From Nitrosopumilus sp. (lineage in GTDB: Archaea; Thermoproteota; Nitrososphaeria; Nitrososphaerales; Nitrosopumilaceae), in assembly GCA_965207445.1 (NCBI GenBank), contig CBDBLX010000001.1, positions 32,001 to 96,000 on the forward strand: 64,000 nucleotides of DNA, read 5' to 3'. The position numbers and the translations under genes were made by a program. Below are positions 1 to 9,741 of this stretch, piece after piece; the first letter of the stretch is position 1, and each line of letters opens with the position of its first letter. The notes under the pieces were generated by a model. That model saw nothing but the letters and a program-made list of their open reading frames with translations. It was not told the origin of the DNA and did not search any database.

Positions 1-35
1 TTATCCTGCAACCATTCTGAAACCATTCTCTAACC

Positions 36-1262
36 TTACCCTGTAACCTTGTTGAGTAAATCATGGAATATAACCGAATCAGTGTTTTTGGCAATATTTT
101 GCCACTTGTCGTTCCCCGCACGGCGTGAATACAACATACGTTTGAGCATGGCAGCTTCGGATGAACGTACCTTGGCATATTTGTCAGATTCAATTGCGCC
201 ATACGGATATCCCAGTATTAAAAGATCATTTGAATTATAAGCAAGGCTTGCTAACACATCATTTTTTTCTGTATCAGACATTCCTTTGAATTGTTCATTT
301 AATATATCAAGTCTAAATACAAACTTGGCATTGGGGTGTAATTTTACACATAGTGTAAATCCCCTACTCTCATGGTATATCTTTTGTGCAACAGGAACAT
401 ACCACCTCTCATAAGATACATGACGCGATATATCAGCAATTCGAGGTAACAACGAATTACCAGATTCAGTAATTAGTCTACTAGTTTTTGCCAATCCACA
501 TATAATAACATTTTTTTCTATTGCCAGTTTGTACAGATCATCAGCATACTTGCCTTGTACTCCAAAGGGAGTTTGTAAGGAGCCATCCATGACAAGCATA
601 TCACCTGCATCAAGCTCATCAGATACTACTTTTGTTGCAAGTTTGATCTCAGCAAGTCTACGTGGAAGCGAGATTAGTGGCATTGTGCCATCTATGGTGT
701 TTCTGTTACCATCAGATGATATCTCTAAAAGATCGTCTTTTTTGGGAAGAGTATCATGCGCGTCTTTGTCGTTTTGGTCACCGAACACGTAAAGTTTAGT
801 ATCAAATGTTAGTGTATCAATTGAGTTATCATTTGGTGTATGTGGAGTCACACACGATAGAAATGTCGTGCGTTGTGTCGTGTTATGGGTAGGTGATAAT
901 TTTTTTGTACCTTGAAATATAGTATAATAGATACGATTCAATGCAATCAGATGGCTTGGTGAGTGGTCTAGAGTGTCGTTTCCACCATCAACAAAGGCCA
1001 TTTTTTTGGGATGTTGTGTATTAGACATTTTTATCTCTAAAAATTCTGATGGTTCAATGTTGTACCTGTTTTTGGTAGTACCATGTACAACATCACCGGA
1101 GATCTGAGATGTGATGCGGTCATGATGGCTCTGGAGATCAGTTAGTAGGTGTAAAAAAGGATCATGTGGGGTATTGGATTTTTGCATCTCAGCGGACATG
1201 AGAATACACATTTTACCTATTATTAAAATACACAGGTAGCAAGGGTATCGTGTAGTTGACAT
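36..1262 (-). CDS. nurA: NurA 5'-3' nuclease (DNA double-strand break repair); true start probably near 1199
   Basis: Motifs AFVDGG, MDGSLQ, GLAKTS and C-terminal GYPYG..ESDKYAKV, typical of NurA. Confidence 0.85.
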   Translation of the reverse strand: MSTTRYPCYLCILIIGKMCILMSAEMQKSNTPHDPFLHLLTDLQSHHDRITSQISGDVVHGTTKNRYNIEPSEFLEIKMSNTQHPKKMAFVDGGNDTLDHSPSHLIALNRIYYTIFQGTKKLSPTHNTTQRTTFLSCVTPHTPNDNSIDTLTFDTKLYVFGDQNDKDAHDTLPKKDDLLEISSDGNRNTIDGTMPLISLPRRLAEIKLATKVVSDELDAGDMLVMDGSLQTPFGVQGKYADDLYKLAIEKNVIICGLAKTSRLITESGNSLLPRIADISRHVSYERWYVPVAQKIYHESRGFTLCVKLHPNAKFVFRLDILNEQFKGMSDTEKNDVLASLAYNSNDLLILGYPYGAIESDKYAKVRSSEAAMLKRMLYSRRAGNDKWQNIAKNTDSVIFHDLLNKVTG

Positions 1263-1285
1263 TATATTTGTAAATTAGTTGACTC

Positions 1286-2410
1286 GAGGTTGGTGCGTAA
1301 TTCATCAAATCGTCACCTGCATCGTACTTGCAAAGTCATCTGCAAATATCGCCAGAGTTTTATATGTATAAATTAAATTATTCAATAAGCTCATATATAA
1401 AAGTATCTGCGCGCATACCAAAAGTTACTTGTAGGGACATCCCAATTGAATAATTGTGATAAGAACAAAGGGGATGCTGAACAACGTTGACTAGCCAATG
1501 TTATCAACGTATCGTTTGTAAAGTGTAGTGGAATGACGACATATGTGTGGTAGGTTGCCACAACATGCTATGATACACAGAGAATGGCGCCCATTACAAT
1601 TGGGATAGACATTAGTGTGGGGGGGGGTGGGGGGTAGAGAGACTAACAGGTACGAAAAACAACAAAGACCTAATCATTTACTACAAGACTTAACTGACAT
1701 GCGTCAAGACGTACCTAAAATATCATATTACTCGATAAGTGGACACCAGATCATACTTGCATCATACACAACTCCAAGCAATGCAAGTGTCACGTCAATG
1801 CTTCCATATATGGTCAATTTTCTCGTAAAAAACTATACACAGATTGAAGAATGCTTATTCAACGGAGACAAGAGATACATTCGGATCAAAACTGCGAGAC
1901 AATATTCAATGCAAACATGAAATCGAACATAAAGCAGCGCAATCACACAGATGGCGCAGGTCATACAAACCGTGGCAAATCACCAAGCAGAAAAAAGGCA
2001 GCGGAGATCTTCGACAAAGATGCATACAAACAACGCGCACTTATCGAGGCAATATTTGGAGCAGTAGAAGAGACAAAGAATCACAGGCTAGACTGTCGCA
2101 TGCGTCTGGCCAAAAACAGAAAGCGGTTTAGCAAATACTATCGATTGCATGGAATATCAACGTCCTGAACAGATTTATCTGCGCTCATGAAAAAGGACAA
2201 AAGATTCCATCATACTAATGATAGTGACTGCTATCACACTTGCACGTTTCATGTTCTATAATCTATGTCTGCCAAAACAACACACACGTATATTCAAAAA
2301 CAAAACGCACTATAGATAGATTTCAGTCTTCTTCAGATTGAATGTGTAATAAACCGAACAAGTTCACAGACGGGTCACAGGCAGACTAATGTCAATTACG
2401 CACCAACTTC
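1286..2410 (+). mobile_element. Internally deleted, frameshifted copy of the IS5-like element at 30058-31728
   Basis: Ends GAGGTTGGTGCGTAATT (1286) and AATTACGCACCAACTTC (2394-2410). ORF fragments at 1615-2168 match the 370-aa transposase. About 550 bp shorter; no TSD seen. Confidence 0.9.
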
Positions 2411-2595
2411 CTTTCACCGCACGGCAATTTGCCACGCATGCAGGCATAATAATATCCGCTCTCGGACACTGCGGACAGTCCTCGATCTACCTGCAGTCCT
2501 TGACCAAGCCATGAATTGGAAGCGGAGCCTTCTCGGGAAGAATCAGACTCACGGATTTTACAACCGAACCCGACTCACGTGAACTTTACCGTCCC

Positions 2596-3414
2596 TTGAG
2601 CACGGGTTGTGAGATTTGCGGCAGCGGACCCGGCAAATTGGTATTTATTTGCACGTTACTTGACATGTCCATGTATTACCTGTGCGCAGACGGCTCGGGC
2701 CAGACAGCGATAAAAAACAGCATCCAAGACAACGGCCTGTACGTTCTGAGCGGAGTGCTGATCCACGAGAAAGACTGGAGGTCCGTTGAAAAGAGACTAG
2801 TTGATGTGAAGCGGAATTTGTTCCCGGGGTTCCGCCCAAACAAATGGGAGCTGCACGCGCACGATATTTGGCACGGGAAGGAATTTTTTGCCATGGAAGA
2901 ACTTGGACTAAACAGTGAAAAGAAGGATGAGGTTTTTTCAAAGATTGTCAATATTGCATGCGAGTCTGAAATCACCATAATCAACGTGATCATCTTCAAG
3001 GACATGCTAACGCAAAGACGATCCCCGATGGTTACGCAATTTTCTTGGCGGCGGCTCACGTCCCGGTTTGAGGATTTTTTGGATCAGAACCAGGCCCATA
3101 TCAACGACGGGTTGTTCCTCATAGACGCCAGTCAAAAGACTCCCGAAGCAGAGATTAAGAATGTCATATTGAGAGAGGTGAGAAGGAGGAATGGCAGGCT
3201 GGGCAGCCGTCACGTTGTCGAGAATCCGATATTTGTAGATTCATTCAGGTGGAATCTGATTCAGTTGGCAGACATGATTGCGTACGTGGTACACAAACAC
3301 TACAAGCAGGATGCAAAGTTTGAGAGGTGGTTCAAGTTACTGGTTCCAAAGATGTATCATTCCAATAATAGGTTGTACGGTTTTGGCATAAACGAGATTC
3401 CATATTCACGTTAG
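2596..3414 (+). CDS. DUF3800-domain protein (predicted RNase H-like fold); likely start ATG 2665 or 2671
   Basis: N-terminal YLCADGSG, YVLSGVLI, ELHAHDI and C-terminal IFVDS...LIQLADMIAY motifs. Confidence 0.8.
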   Translation: MSTGCEICGSGPGKLVFICTLLDMSMYYLCADGSGQTAIKNSIQDNGLYVLSGVLIHEKDWRSVEKRLVDVKRNLFPGFRPNKWELHAHDIWHGKEFFAMEELGLNSEKKDEVFSKIVNIACESEITIINVIIFKDMLTQRRSPMVTQFSWRRLTSRFEDFLDQNQAHINDGLFLIDASQKTPEAEIKNVILREVRRRNGRLGSRHVVENPIFVDSFRWNLIQLADMIAYVVHKHYKQDAKFERWFKLLVPKMYHSNNRLYGFGINEIPYSR

Positions 3415-3479
3415 GATGGGAAGCAGGTCCGCACAGTTGCGGAAAGCTGCTTCCCTGGAGCTGCGCGATGGCAGACTCT
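3412..3479 (-). ncRNA. Candidate small structured RNA convergent with the DUF3800 gene
   Basis: Two hairpins (3418-3455 GGGAAGCAG/TCCGCA..TGCGGA/CTGCTTCCC; 3458-3478 GAGCTGC..GCAGACTC). BRE/TATA-like AAACG-TTATATAA on the minus strand at 3502-3514. Confidence 0.55.
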
Positions 3480-3652
3480 TACCGTATGGTATGGTGGTAA
3501 ATTATATAACGTTTAGCATCAAGCGAGACTGGTGTGTAATTGACATTAGCCTGCCTGTGACTGTTTTGTTGAGGTGGGAGTTGATTTGTATAAGAATTTG
3601 CAAGAATTAATTTAAATGAACATTATTAAGATAATGTAGTGTAGATATAGTA

Positions 3653-3729
3653 CAGATGTAATGCAGATGTAATGCAGATGTAATGCAGATGTAATGCAGA
3701 TGTAATGCAGATGTAATGCAGATGTAATG
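3653..3729. repeat. Tandem repeat (CAGATGTAATG)x7
   Basis: Seven perfect 11-bp units read directly. Confidence 0.95.
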
Positions 3730-3828
3730 ATAAATTAAATGAATTTATTAAATAGTAAAAATATACACATATTCATACGTGTTTTGAAAACTCACTGAAA
3801 AGTAAAATCCACATTATAACACATTAAC

Positions 3829-6198
3829 TTAATCCAATAATACAACTGGTTTTTTTGTAAGCCCAATCACCTCTACAGTGACGTGTCCCATCGCCTCATC
3901 TGTATTCCCAAGGCCACGACGACCCATCGCAATTATATCAACATCAAGTTTGGTAGCAATCTCTACAATCTTTTTTGCAGGCGTTCCCAATTTGACGATA
4001 CGCACACAACTGTCCACTTGTGGTACTATTACGCTTCGAAGAACTATATTCCCTTCATGACGCATCTGATCACCTAGTTGTTCATCAGGATTCTCATCAC
4101 TATCAGAGTCTTCATCAGTCCATTCCATCACATACAATAGATACACATGCAATGCAGATGCATCTCTTAGCAGATAATTGGTATGATTGAGTGCTTGAAG
4201 TGAGTTTACAGAACCATCAATTGGCACCAAAACTTTGATTGGAGATTTACTTGATGTGTGATCTTTGACAGATGATACAGACGACTCTTGATCATGGACA
4301 TTACCAACGTCACGTATATAATCATTGTCTGTAAACATCTTTTTTGTAATCTCCTTTACACTATGTCGTGCCTCAACAATAGGTAAAACGATCACAACAA
4401 TTGCACCAACAACTGCCCAGATAATTGCCAGACTTACCCATGCAACAAACGACGATAAAGTAAATACATATTCTGTAATAAAAAATGACAAGGGCCACAC
4501 AATAACTAAAAAGACAGAAACACCAACTCCAAAACGTTTTGCCAACTTTAATGCGCGCTCCAGCATATGTGCATCTGAGTTGCGTCTCAGAGTAGAACGC
4601 ATTCTATCATCAACTAAAAGTATGCGTTGTTTGAGATCCCTAAAGTCAAATCGTTCTGGGAATAGTAGACTGCCCACTAGTGTAATCAACAAGCCTGATA
4701 GTATCGATGTTATGTTTCCTACCAAAAGTGGAGTAAAGGCACCAGTAGACTCAATACTAACTTGACCATCATACATCAAGTATGAGGTTCCCAACCACAC
4801 CACAACACCCAACACCAAACCAAAGAGCGCCGCCACAATAGCAGCATATCTATTAGTTCTACCCCACAGTATTGATAGTGATATGGGTGCTACTGCTGAG
4901 CCTATCAAGATGCCCATCATCAAATACACATACTGCAGACCCACCCCTAGCTGAAAAAGCACAGAGCCTAGTATGCCCATACCGACTCCAAATAACAGAA
5001 TTGTGAATCTCGATACGCGTATTAGTTGTCTGCCTGTAGCAGATGGCTTCAAGTAAGTTCTAAATACATCATATGTTATCAGCGATGAGACACTCACCAA
5101 TTGAGATGAGCCTGCAGCAGTCACCGCAGTAAATATTATTGCAAGTATCAGTATGGCACCCATATCACCCATTATACTAACAGCAGCAGTAGGTGCAACA
5201 AGACCCAATCCTATTTGGTTTTCACTAAGTGGCACACCAGTTGCAATGGCGGCCAATCCTAGTGTAGTGGCAAGTGTAAAGGGTATTGCAAACCAGACCA
5301 ACCCGCCTATTGCAAATCCCCCAACAACAGAACCAGGCCTAGCTGCTATTGCCTTTTGCCAATATGATTGATCAACAAATACAGTTCCAAAATTCCCCAC
5401 GATATTAATTACACCAAATGCCAAAGCCCCCATCGATGCCAATGTAAGAAAACTACCCATTGCATTTCCTTCAACCGGACCAATAATAGCAGCAACAGAC
5501 AATTTTTCGTACATACCTACAATACCACCTATCTCAGGGGATACAAAATATATCACAGATACAAACACAAGCACGACCACAAAGATAAAACCTGCATTTA
5601 TGTATTCTGCAAAAAATGTAGCCTTTAATCCCCCAAATATTGTATATAAAATTATACCCACAGGCAAAAAGAACGCTGCAAGTGTAATGTCAATTCCAGT
5701 CAACGAATTAACAACAGCAGCACCACCCAACACCAACATTGCAGTCACTAGTGTATTTGTCATCAATCCAAAAAATAAGAACACTTTATGCGCGTGTTTA
5801 CCAAACCTTACATGTATCATCTCAGTGAATGTGTGTGTCATCGGAGCTTTGCGCTTTAACTCTATTGCAAGTATAGAAAACAAGATTACTTGAATACAGG
5901 CGCCAGCAGCATACCAAAATGAACCAGCAATACCAAACTCAAACGTGACCGTAGATGACTGAAGTAGAGTAGCGGCCCACGTCCAGGCAGACACGATAGA
6001 AGATGCAATGAGTCCGCTTTTTATTGTGCGGCCAGCAGTGTAAAACCACTCTGATGTCTTACGTGTCCCAAGCCATTTTGTTTCTGCTTTGACCATCAAA
6101 GAGACAGTCAATGCCATGACGAGTCCCACGCCTATTAGAACCAAAAAACCTATGCTTTCTGAGAGTATTGCAACCAAAGCACAAGTAACAAGCACCAT
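3829..6198 (-). CDS. Sodium:solute symporter, DUR3-like (probable urea transporter), fused to a C-terminal universal stress protein domain
   Basis: SAWTWAATLLQSS, ELKRKAP, GNFGTVFVDQSYWQ motifs of DUR3; many TM segments; C-terminal VLVPIDGS...DIIAMGRRG...PVVLL is USP-like. Confidence 0.85.
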   Translation of the reverse strand: MVLVTCALVAILSESIGFLVLIGVGLVMALTVSLMVKAETKWLGTRKTSEWFYTAGRTIKSGLIASSIVSAWTWAATLLQSSTVTFEFGIAGSFWYAAGACIQVILFSILAIELKRKAPMTHTFTEMIHVRFGKHAHKVFLFFGLMTNTLVTAMLVLGGAAVVNSLTGIDITLAAFFLPVGIILYTIFGGLKATFFAEYINAGFIFVVVLVFVSVIYFVSPEIGGIVGMYEKLSVAAIIGPVEGNAMGSFLTLASMGALAFGVINIVGNFGTVFVDQSYWQKAIAARPGSVVGGFAIGGLVWFAIPFTLATTLGLAAIATGVPLSENQIGLGLVAPTAAVSIMGDMGAILILAIIFTAVTAAGSSQLVSVSSLITYDVFRTYLKPSATGRQLIRVSRFTILLFGVGMGILGSVLFQLGVGLQYVYLMMGILIGSAVAPISLSILWGRTNRYAAIVAALFGLVLGVVVWLGTSYLMYDGQVSIESTGAFTPLLVGNITSILSGLLITLVGSLLFPERFDFRDLKQRILLVDDRMRSTLRRNSDAHMLERALKLAKRFGVGVSVFLVIVWPLSFFITEYVFTLSSFVAWVSLAIIWAVVGAIVVIVLPIVEARHSVKEITKKMFTDNDYIRDVGNVHDQESSVSSVKDHTSSKSPIKVLVPIDGSVNSLQALNHTNYLLRDASALHVYLLYVMEWTDEDSDSDENPDEQLGDQMRHEGNIVLRSVIVPQVDSCVRIVKLGTPAKKIVEIATKLDVDIIAMGRRGLGNTDEAMGHVTVEVIGLTKKPVVLLD

Positions 6199-6263
6199 CT
6201 AGTATTAAAGTAAAAATTTGTGATGAATGTGGTTGTTTTTTGTAATTATAATAACGACAAATG

Positions 6264-6767
6264 TCAAACTCCGCCAAAATCATCAGGGCGCTTTAATATT
6301 CCGCCTTTTATCAATAGTTCGAGTTTTTCGTCGATCTCTTTGATGGATTTGATCTCATCTTGGCTTAGTTCTTCTCCAGCATCTGCTTTTTTGAGGATGC
6401 CGAGTGTCTCATAAAATAAAGGCACCAACACTTCCTGATGTACTCCAGGAGGAATTTTGTACATGTATGGGTCAGATTCAATACTCACCTCTACTTCTGA
6501 GCGATATGCACTAGAGCGATATATGTGAATATAACCGAGTAAAGTTAAAAGTGGAAACCCGACTATAGTAATAATTACAATATACGTTGTAAAGTCTGGA
6601 AATACAGATAAAAGTGTAGGATAATTATCGATTGCAAGATAAAATGTCAAGGTGAGTGTATTAAGTACGCCAAATATAAACACAAAATACTCTGCATATC
6701 CAGTTCTAAAATATACCCAAGAACGAAACGGTATAGATCGGTTGGAGCTGTGACTGCCTATTGTCAA
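6264..6767 (-). CDS. Hypothetical membrane protein (2 TM), paralog of 6764-7252
   Basis: Shares YFRTGY..Y, N.LT.T..LA, FP.F..Y, GYIH with the neighbouring ORF. Confidence 0.7.
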   Translation of the reverse strand: MTIGSHSSNRSIPFRSWVYFRTGYAEYFVFIFGVLNTLTLTFYLAIDNYPTLLSVFPDFTTYIVIITIVGFPLLTLLGYIHIYRSSAYRSEVEVSIESDPYMYKIPPGVHQEVLVPLFYETLGILKKADAGEELSQDEIKSIKEIDEKLELLIKGGILKRPDDFGGV

Positions 6768-7252
6768 TCATCAATTACCCCCTTTGGATATTTTCCTACA
6801 GAACCACCATCTGCCAAATGTTTAAGTTTAGCTCGAAGTTCGTCGATCTCTTTTATCTCATTGTCAGTGAACTTTTCTGTGCGCATGCGCTTGAACATTA
6901 AATGTAATATCATTTTATAAGAAGGGCCAAATACCTCCGACTCAAATCCAGGTCGTAGCTTGTAATGGTATATGTAATTTTGTACCGAAACGGCCGAGTT
7001 TGCTGAATGCGCACCTATTCGTTTAAAGTGAATATATCCAGTCACAGACACTATTGGGATACCAAGTAATATTGCTGCTGTAACATATATCTCAAATGTT
7101 GGAAACAAGTATGTGATAAATGGAAAGTCATCAGCTGCCAAAAAGTAAGTCGATGTTAACACATTGATCCCACCAATTGCCAACATCAAATATACAGCAT
7201 AGCCTGTTCGAAAGTAAAAGAGCAGTCGAAAAAATCTTCTCTGTTTTCGCAT
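6764..7252 (-). CDS. Hypothetical membrane protein (2 TM), paralog of 6264-6767
   Basis: Same shared motifs; 4-bp overlap with the downstream paralog. Confidence 0.7.
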   Translation of the reverse strand: MRKQRRFFRLLFYFRTGYAVYLMLAIGGINVLTSTYFLAADDFPFITYLFPTFEIYVTAAILLGIPIVSVTGYIHFKRIGAHSANSAVSVQNYIYHYKLRPGFESEVFGPSYKMILHLMFKRMRTEKFTDNEIKEIDELRAKLKHLADGGSVGKYPKGVIDD

Positions 7253-7484
7253 GATTCAATCATTGATACTAGACATAAAAAGTTCACCGTGTAACTAAGA
7301 ATCCAAAATATTGGTCAAAATGATGTGTTGTGAGAGTCACGCAAGCATTACATTGCTGTAAAAATCAGTTGGGTAGAATAAATCTCAGAAAATTAGTGCT
7401 CAAAACTATATTCTGCACACAGGACAACATAGCAAGACACGATCAAATGAAAAAATACATATTACAGATATACATACGATATAC

Positions 7485-8030
7485 ATGAAAATGATAGATA
7501 CCATTGATGAACTCTTACTTTCTGCACTAAGCCAAGATGCAAGACAATCTACATTTGAGATCTGGGATTACATTAGAGGGTTTGGATATAATATCTCAGA
7601 AGAAGAGATAGAATCACGCAAGCGTGAGTTAGAGGAGAGTGGCATTATCAAAGGATATACAATATCAATTGATACAAAAAAGATACCAGGAAGAGTCATA
7701 CGGGTAGACCTAGTCACGTTTAGAACATCACAGGTATTGCAAAAGAGATTAGAAGGGCTCAAACAGTATTTGAAAGATGCACCGTTTGTCGCTTTTTCTG
7801 GTAGAACACGTGGCGGTTACGATTGGATTACAATAAAATCATTTTTAAATACAGAGATGGCAGATGAGGAGAGTGACATTTACCGTAACTTGTTCGGTGA
7901 CATATTACAAACATATGAAGTGTATGACTTTGTCCCACAATCAGATGCTACCATGTATGCAATGTCATATACGAAATCAGATTATCAAGAATTTTTAAAA
8001 GAGTGGATCCCGCCGTTTATAGGAAAATGA
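7485..8030 (+). CDS. Lrp/AsnC family transcriptional regulator
   Basis: IDTIDELLLSALSQDAR...LEESGIIKGYTISID HTH pattern; GGYD in the effector domain. Confidence 0.85.
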   Translation: MKMIDTIDELLLSALSQDARQSTFEIWDYIRGFGYNISEEEIESRKRELEESGIIKGYTISIDTKKIPGRVIRVDLVTFRTSQVLQKRLEGLKQYLKDAPFVAFSGRTRGGYDWITIKSFLNTEMADEESDIYRNLFGDILQTYEVYDFVPQSDATMYAMSYTKSDYQEFLKEWIPPFIGK

Positions 8031-8981
8031 TTATTGGTCACCAGAGCAATGCGTGCGCTTGTATCTTAGAGTATCATCTATCATAGTATGAGTCTGTCTT
8101 CGAACATCCATCAAAAATGTAATTAACTCGACTTTGTCCTTTGAGCGTATCTTGTTGGTATCTTCTATCAACTCATCAATTCTTGATAATGCAATTCGTA
8201 GTGCAAGTACACTTCGTCGAACTATAATGGTCTCCTTTTTTTTCAGATTGGTGCTAGAATTATTATTATTATTATTATTGTCGTATTGTAAATCAGTCTG
8301 ATCACTAGGCTCCAGTCCGGAATAATCAAATCCGATTCCATTATTATTACCAGGATTGCTTGCTTGCTTCATCTCATTTTTTAGCTGTCGTATCTGCTTT
8401 ACAGTCATTTTGTTATCTATGATCTCTTGTGCCAACTCTTGAGTTTTTGAGCCAAGTTTAGAGTCTGTAAGCTCCAGTGCTTGACTGACGCTTAACGTAT
8501 GTTGTTCTACACTGTTACGCACCTTTTCAGGTAGTTTGAGTAATTGCATTCTGTGCGAGACATACTCTTCACTCTTTCCAATATGTTTTGCAAGCTCACT
8601 TATACCACCCCAACCAAAATCAACCACATACTTTTGATACGACATGGCCTCTTCTATTGGGTCAAGTGTTTTGCGTTGTAGATTTTCAGTAATCTGAATC
8701 TCATATGCCTGCTTGTCTGTAAACTCTACTATTTTGCACAATATATGTCGCCAATGAAGTGATTTGCAAGCGGCAAATCTTCGATGTCCTGCTACAATCT
8801 CAAATCCTCTATCAAGTGGTCGTATGATAATTGGTTGAAGTAATCCATGATCTCGAATGCTCTTTTTAAGCCCTTCTAATTCTGGTGAGTTTTTCGGATC
8901 AAGGCAACGTGTAGGAAATTGTGAAGGTCTTATCATACGAACCTCGATCTGCTCTACAAGTGACGTATCATATGATTCCAT
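8031..8981 (-). CDS. parB: ParB/Spo0J family protein
   Basis: SIRDHGLLQPIIIR, EIVAGHRRFAA, ENLQRKTLDPIEEA, followed by an HTH. Confidence 0.9.
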   Translation of the reverse strand: MESYDTSLVEQIEVRMIRPSQFPTRCLDPKNSPELEGLKKSIRDHGLLQPIIIRPLDRGFEIVAGHRRFAACKSLHWRHILCKIVEFTDKQAYEIQITENLQRKTLDPIEEAMSYQKYVVDFGWGGISELAKHIGKSEEYVSHRMQLLKLPEKVRNSVEQHTLSVSQALELTDSKLGSKTQELAQEIIDNKMTVKQIRQLKNEMKQASNPGNNNGIGFDYSGLEPSDQTDLQYDNNNNNNNSSTNLKKKETIIVRRSVLALRIALSRIDELIEDTNKIRSKDKVELITFLMDVRRQTHTMIDDTLRYKRTHCSGDQ

Positions 8982-9140
8982 GATATATGATAAAGGGTAT
9001 CAAGTATTTATGATTTTTGTATAAAATATGTAATTTTAGTCATTAAATAGTTGTTTCATCAAATTAATTTATTAAAATAGACTATATCTAGAAATATTTA
9101 AGATATAAAATAAAATTACAAAGTGGTAAATTCATGGCAT

Positions 9141-9250
9141 AGTTAACGTCTAGCGTCACCAAAGAGTACGATACATAGCTATACGGTCTGCTGTGATGAC
9201 ATGAGGCATGCCAGTTAACGTCTAGCGTCACCAAAGAGTACGATACATAG
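9141..9250. repeat. Perfect 38-bp direct repeat (9141-9178, 9213-9250) separated by 34 bp
   Basis: AGTTAACGTCTAGCGTCACCAAAGAGTACGATACATAG occurs twice. Confidence 0.95.
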
Positions 9251-9391
9251 AGATACAACTATTCAAACTGTAGTATTGTAAAGATGAATTGTAAATGATT
9301 TTGTTCAATTATCATCGCATGTGACGTATAATTTTTGTTTTGCTGTAAGTAATCATTTTATATATAAATTAAGGTATTTATAAATAATTTA

Positions 9392-9619
9392 ATGAGTCCA
9401 TCCGAATACAAAAATAATACACATTTTTTATCAAAAAGAATAGTGGCATCAACTACCAAATACACAACAATTTACTGCAACAATTGCAAAAAAATACTAG
9501 GCAAATACAATTCTAAATTTTACAATAATGAGAAGATAAATGAAATGCTAAAAACTGTGCATATTATACATATTAAAAATGGTCATACAATACAGATTAA
9601 AAAAAATATATCCATTTAA
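9392..9619 (+). CDS. Small hypothetical protein with CxxC and His residues (possible Zn-binding)
   Basis: CNNCKK...H...GH pattern; very AT-rich. Confidence 0.5.
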   Translation: MSPSEYKNNTHFLSKRIVASTTKYTTIYCNNCKKILGKYNSKFYNNEKINEMLKTVHIIHIKNGHTIQIKKNISI

Positions 9620-9741
9620 TTTAAGATGAGATATTACATGCAATAAACCACTCAGCATATAGACACAAATAAAACACATAGAAAAAATAAAACTATTTTG
9701 TTATAGAGACAAAATTAATTTTATAATTAATTAATTTGTTA

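Noticed and set aside
2411..2590. Open frame FHRTAICHACRHNN... and GTGAACTTTAC as an IS66 3' remnant
   Set aside because: Similarity too weak to support by eye
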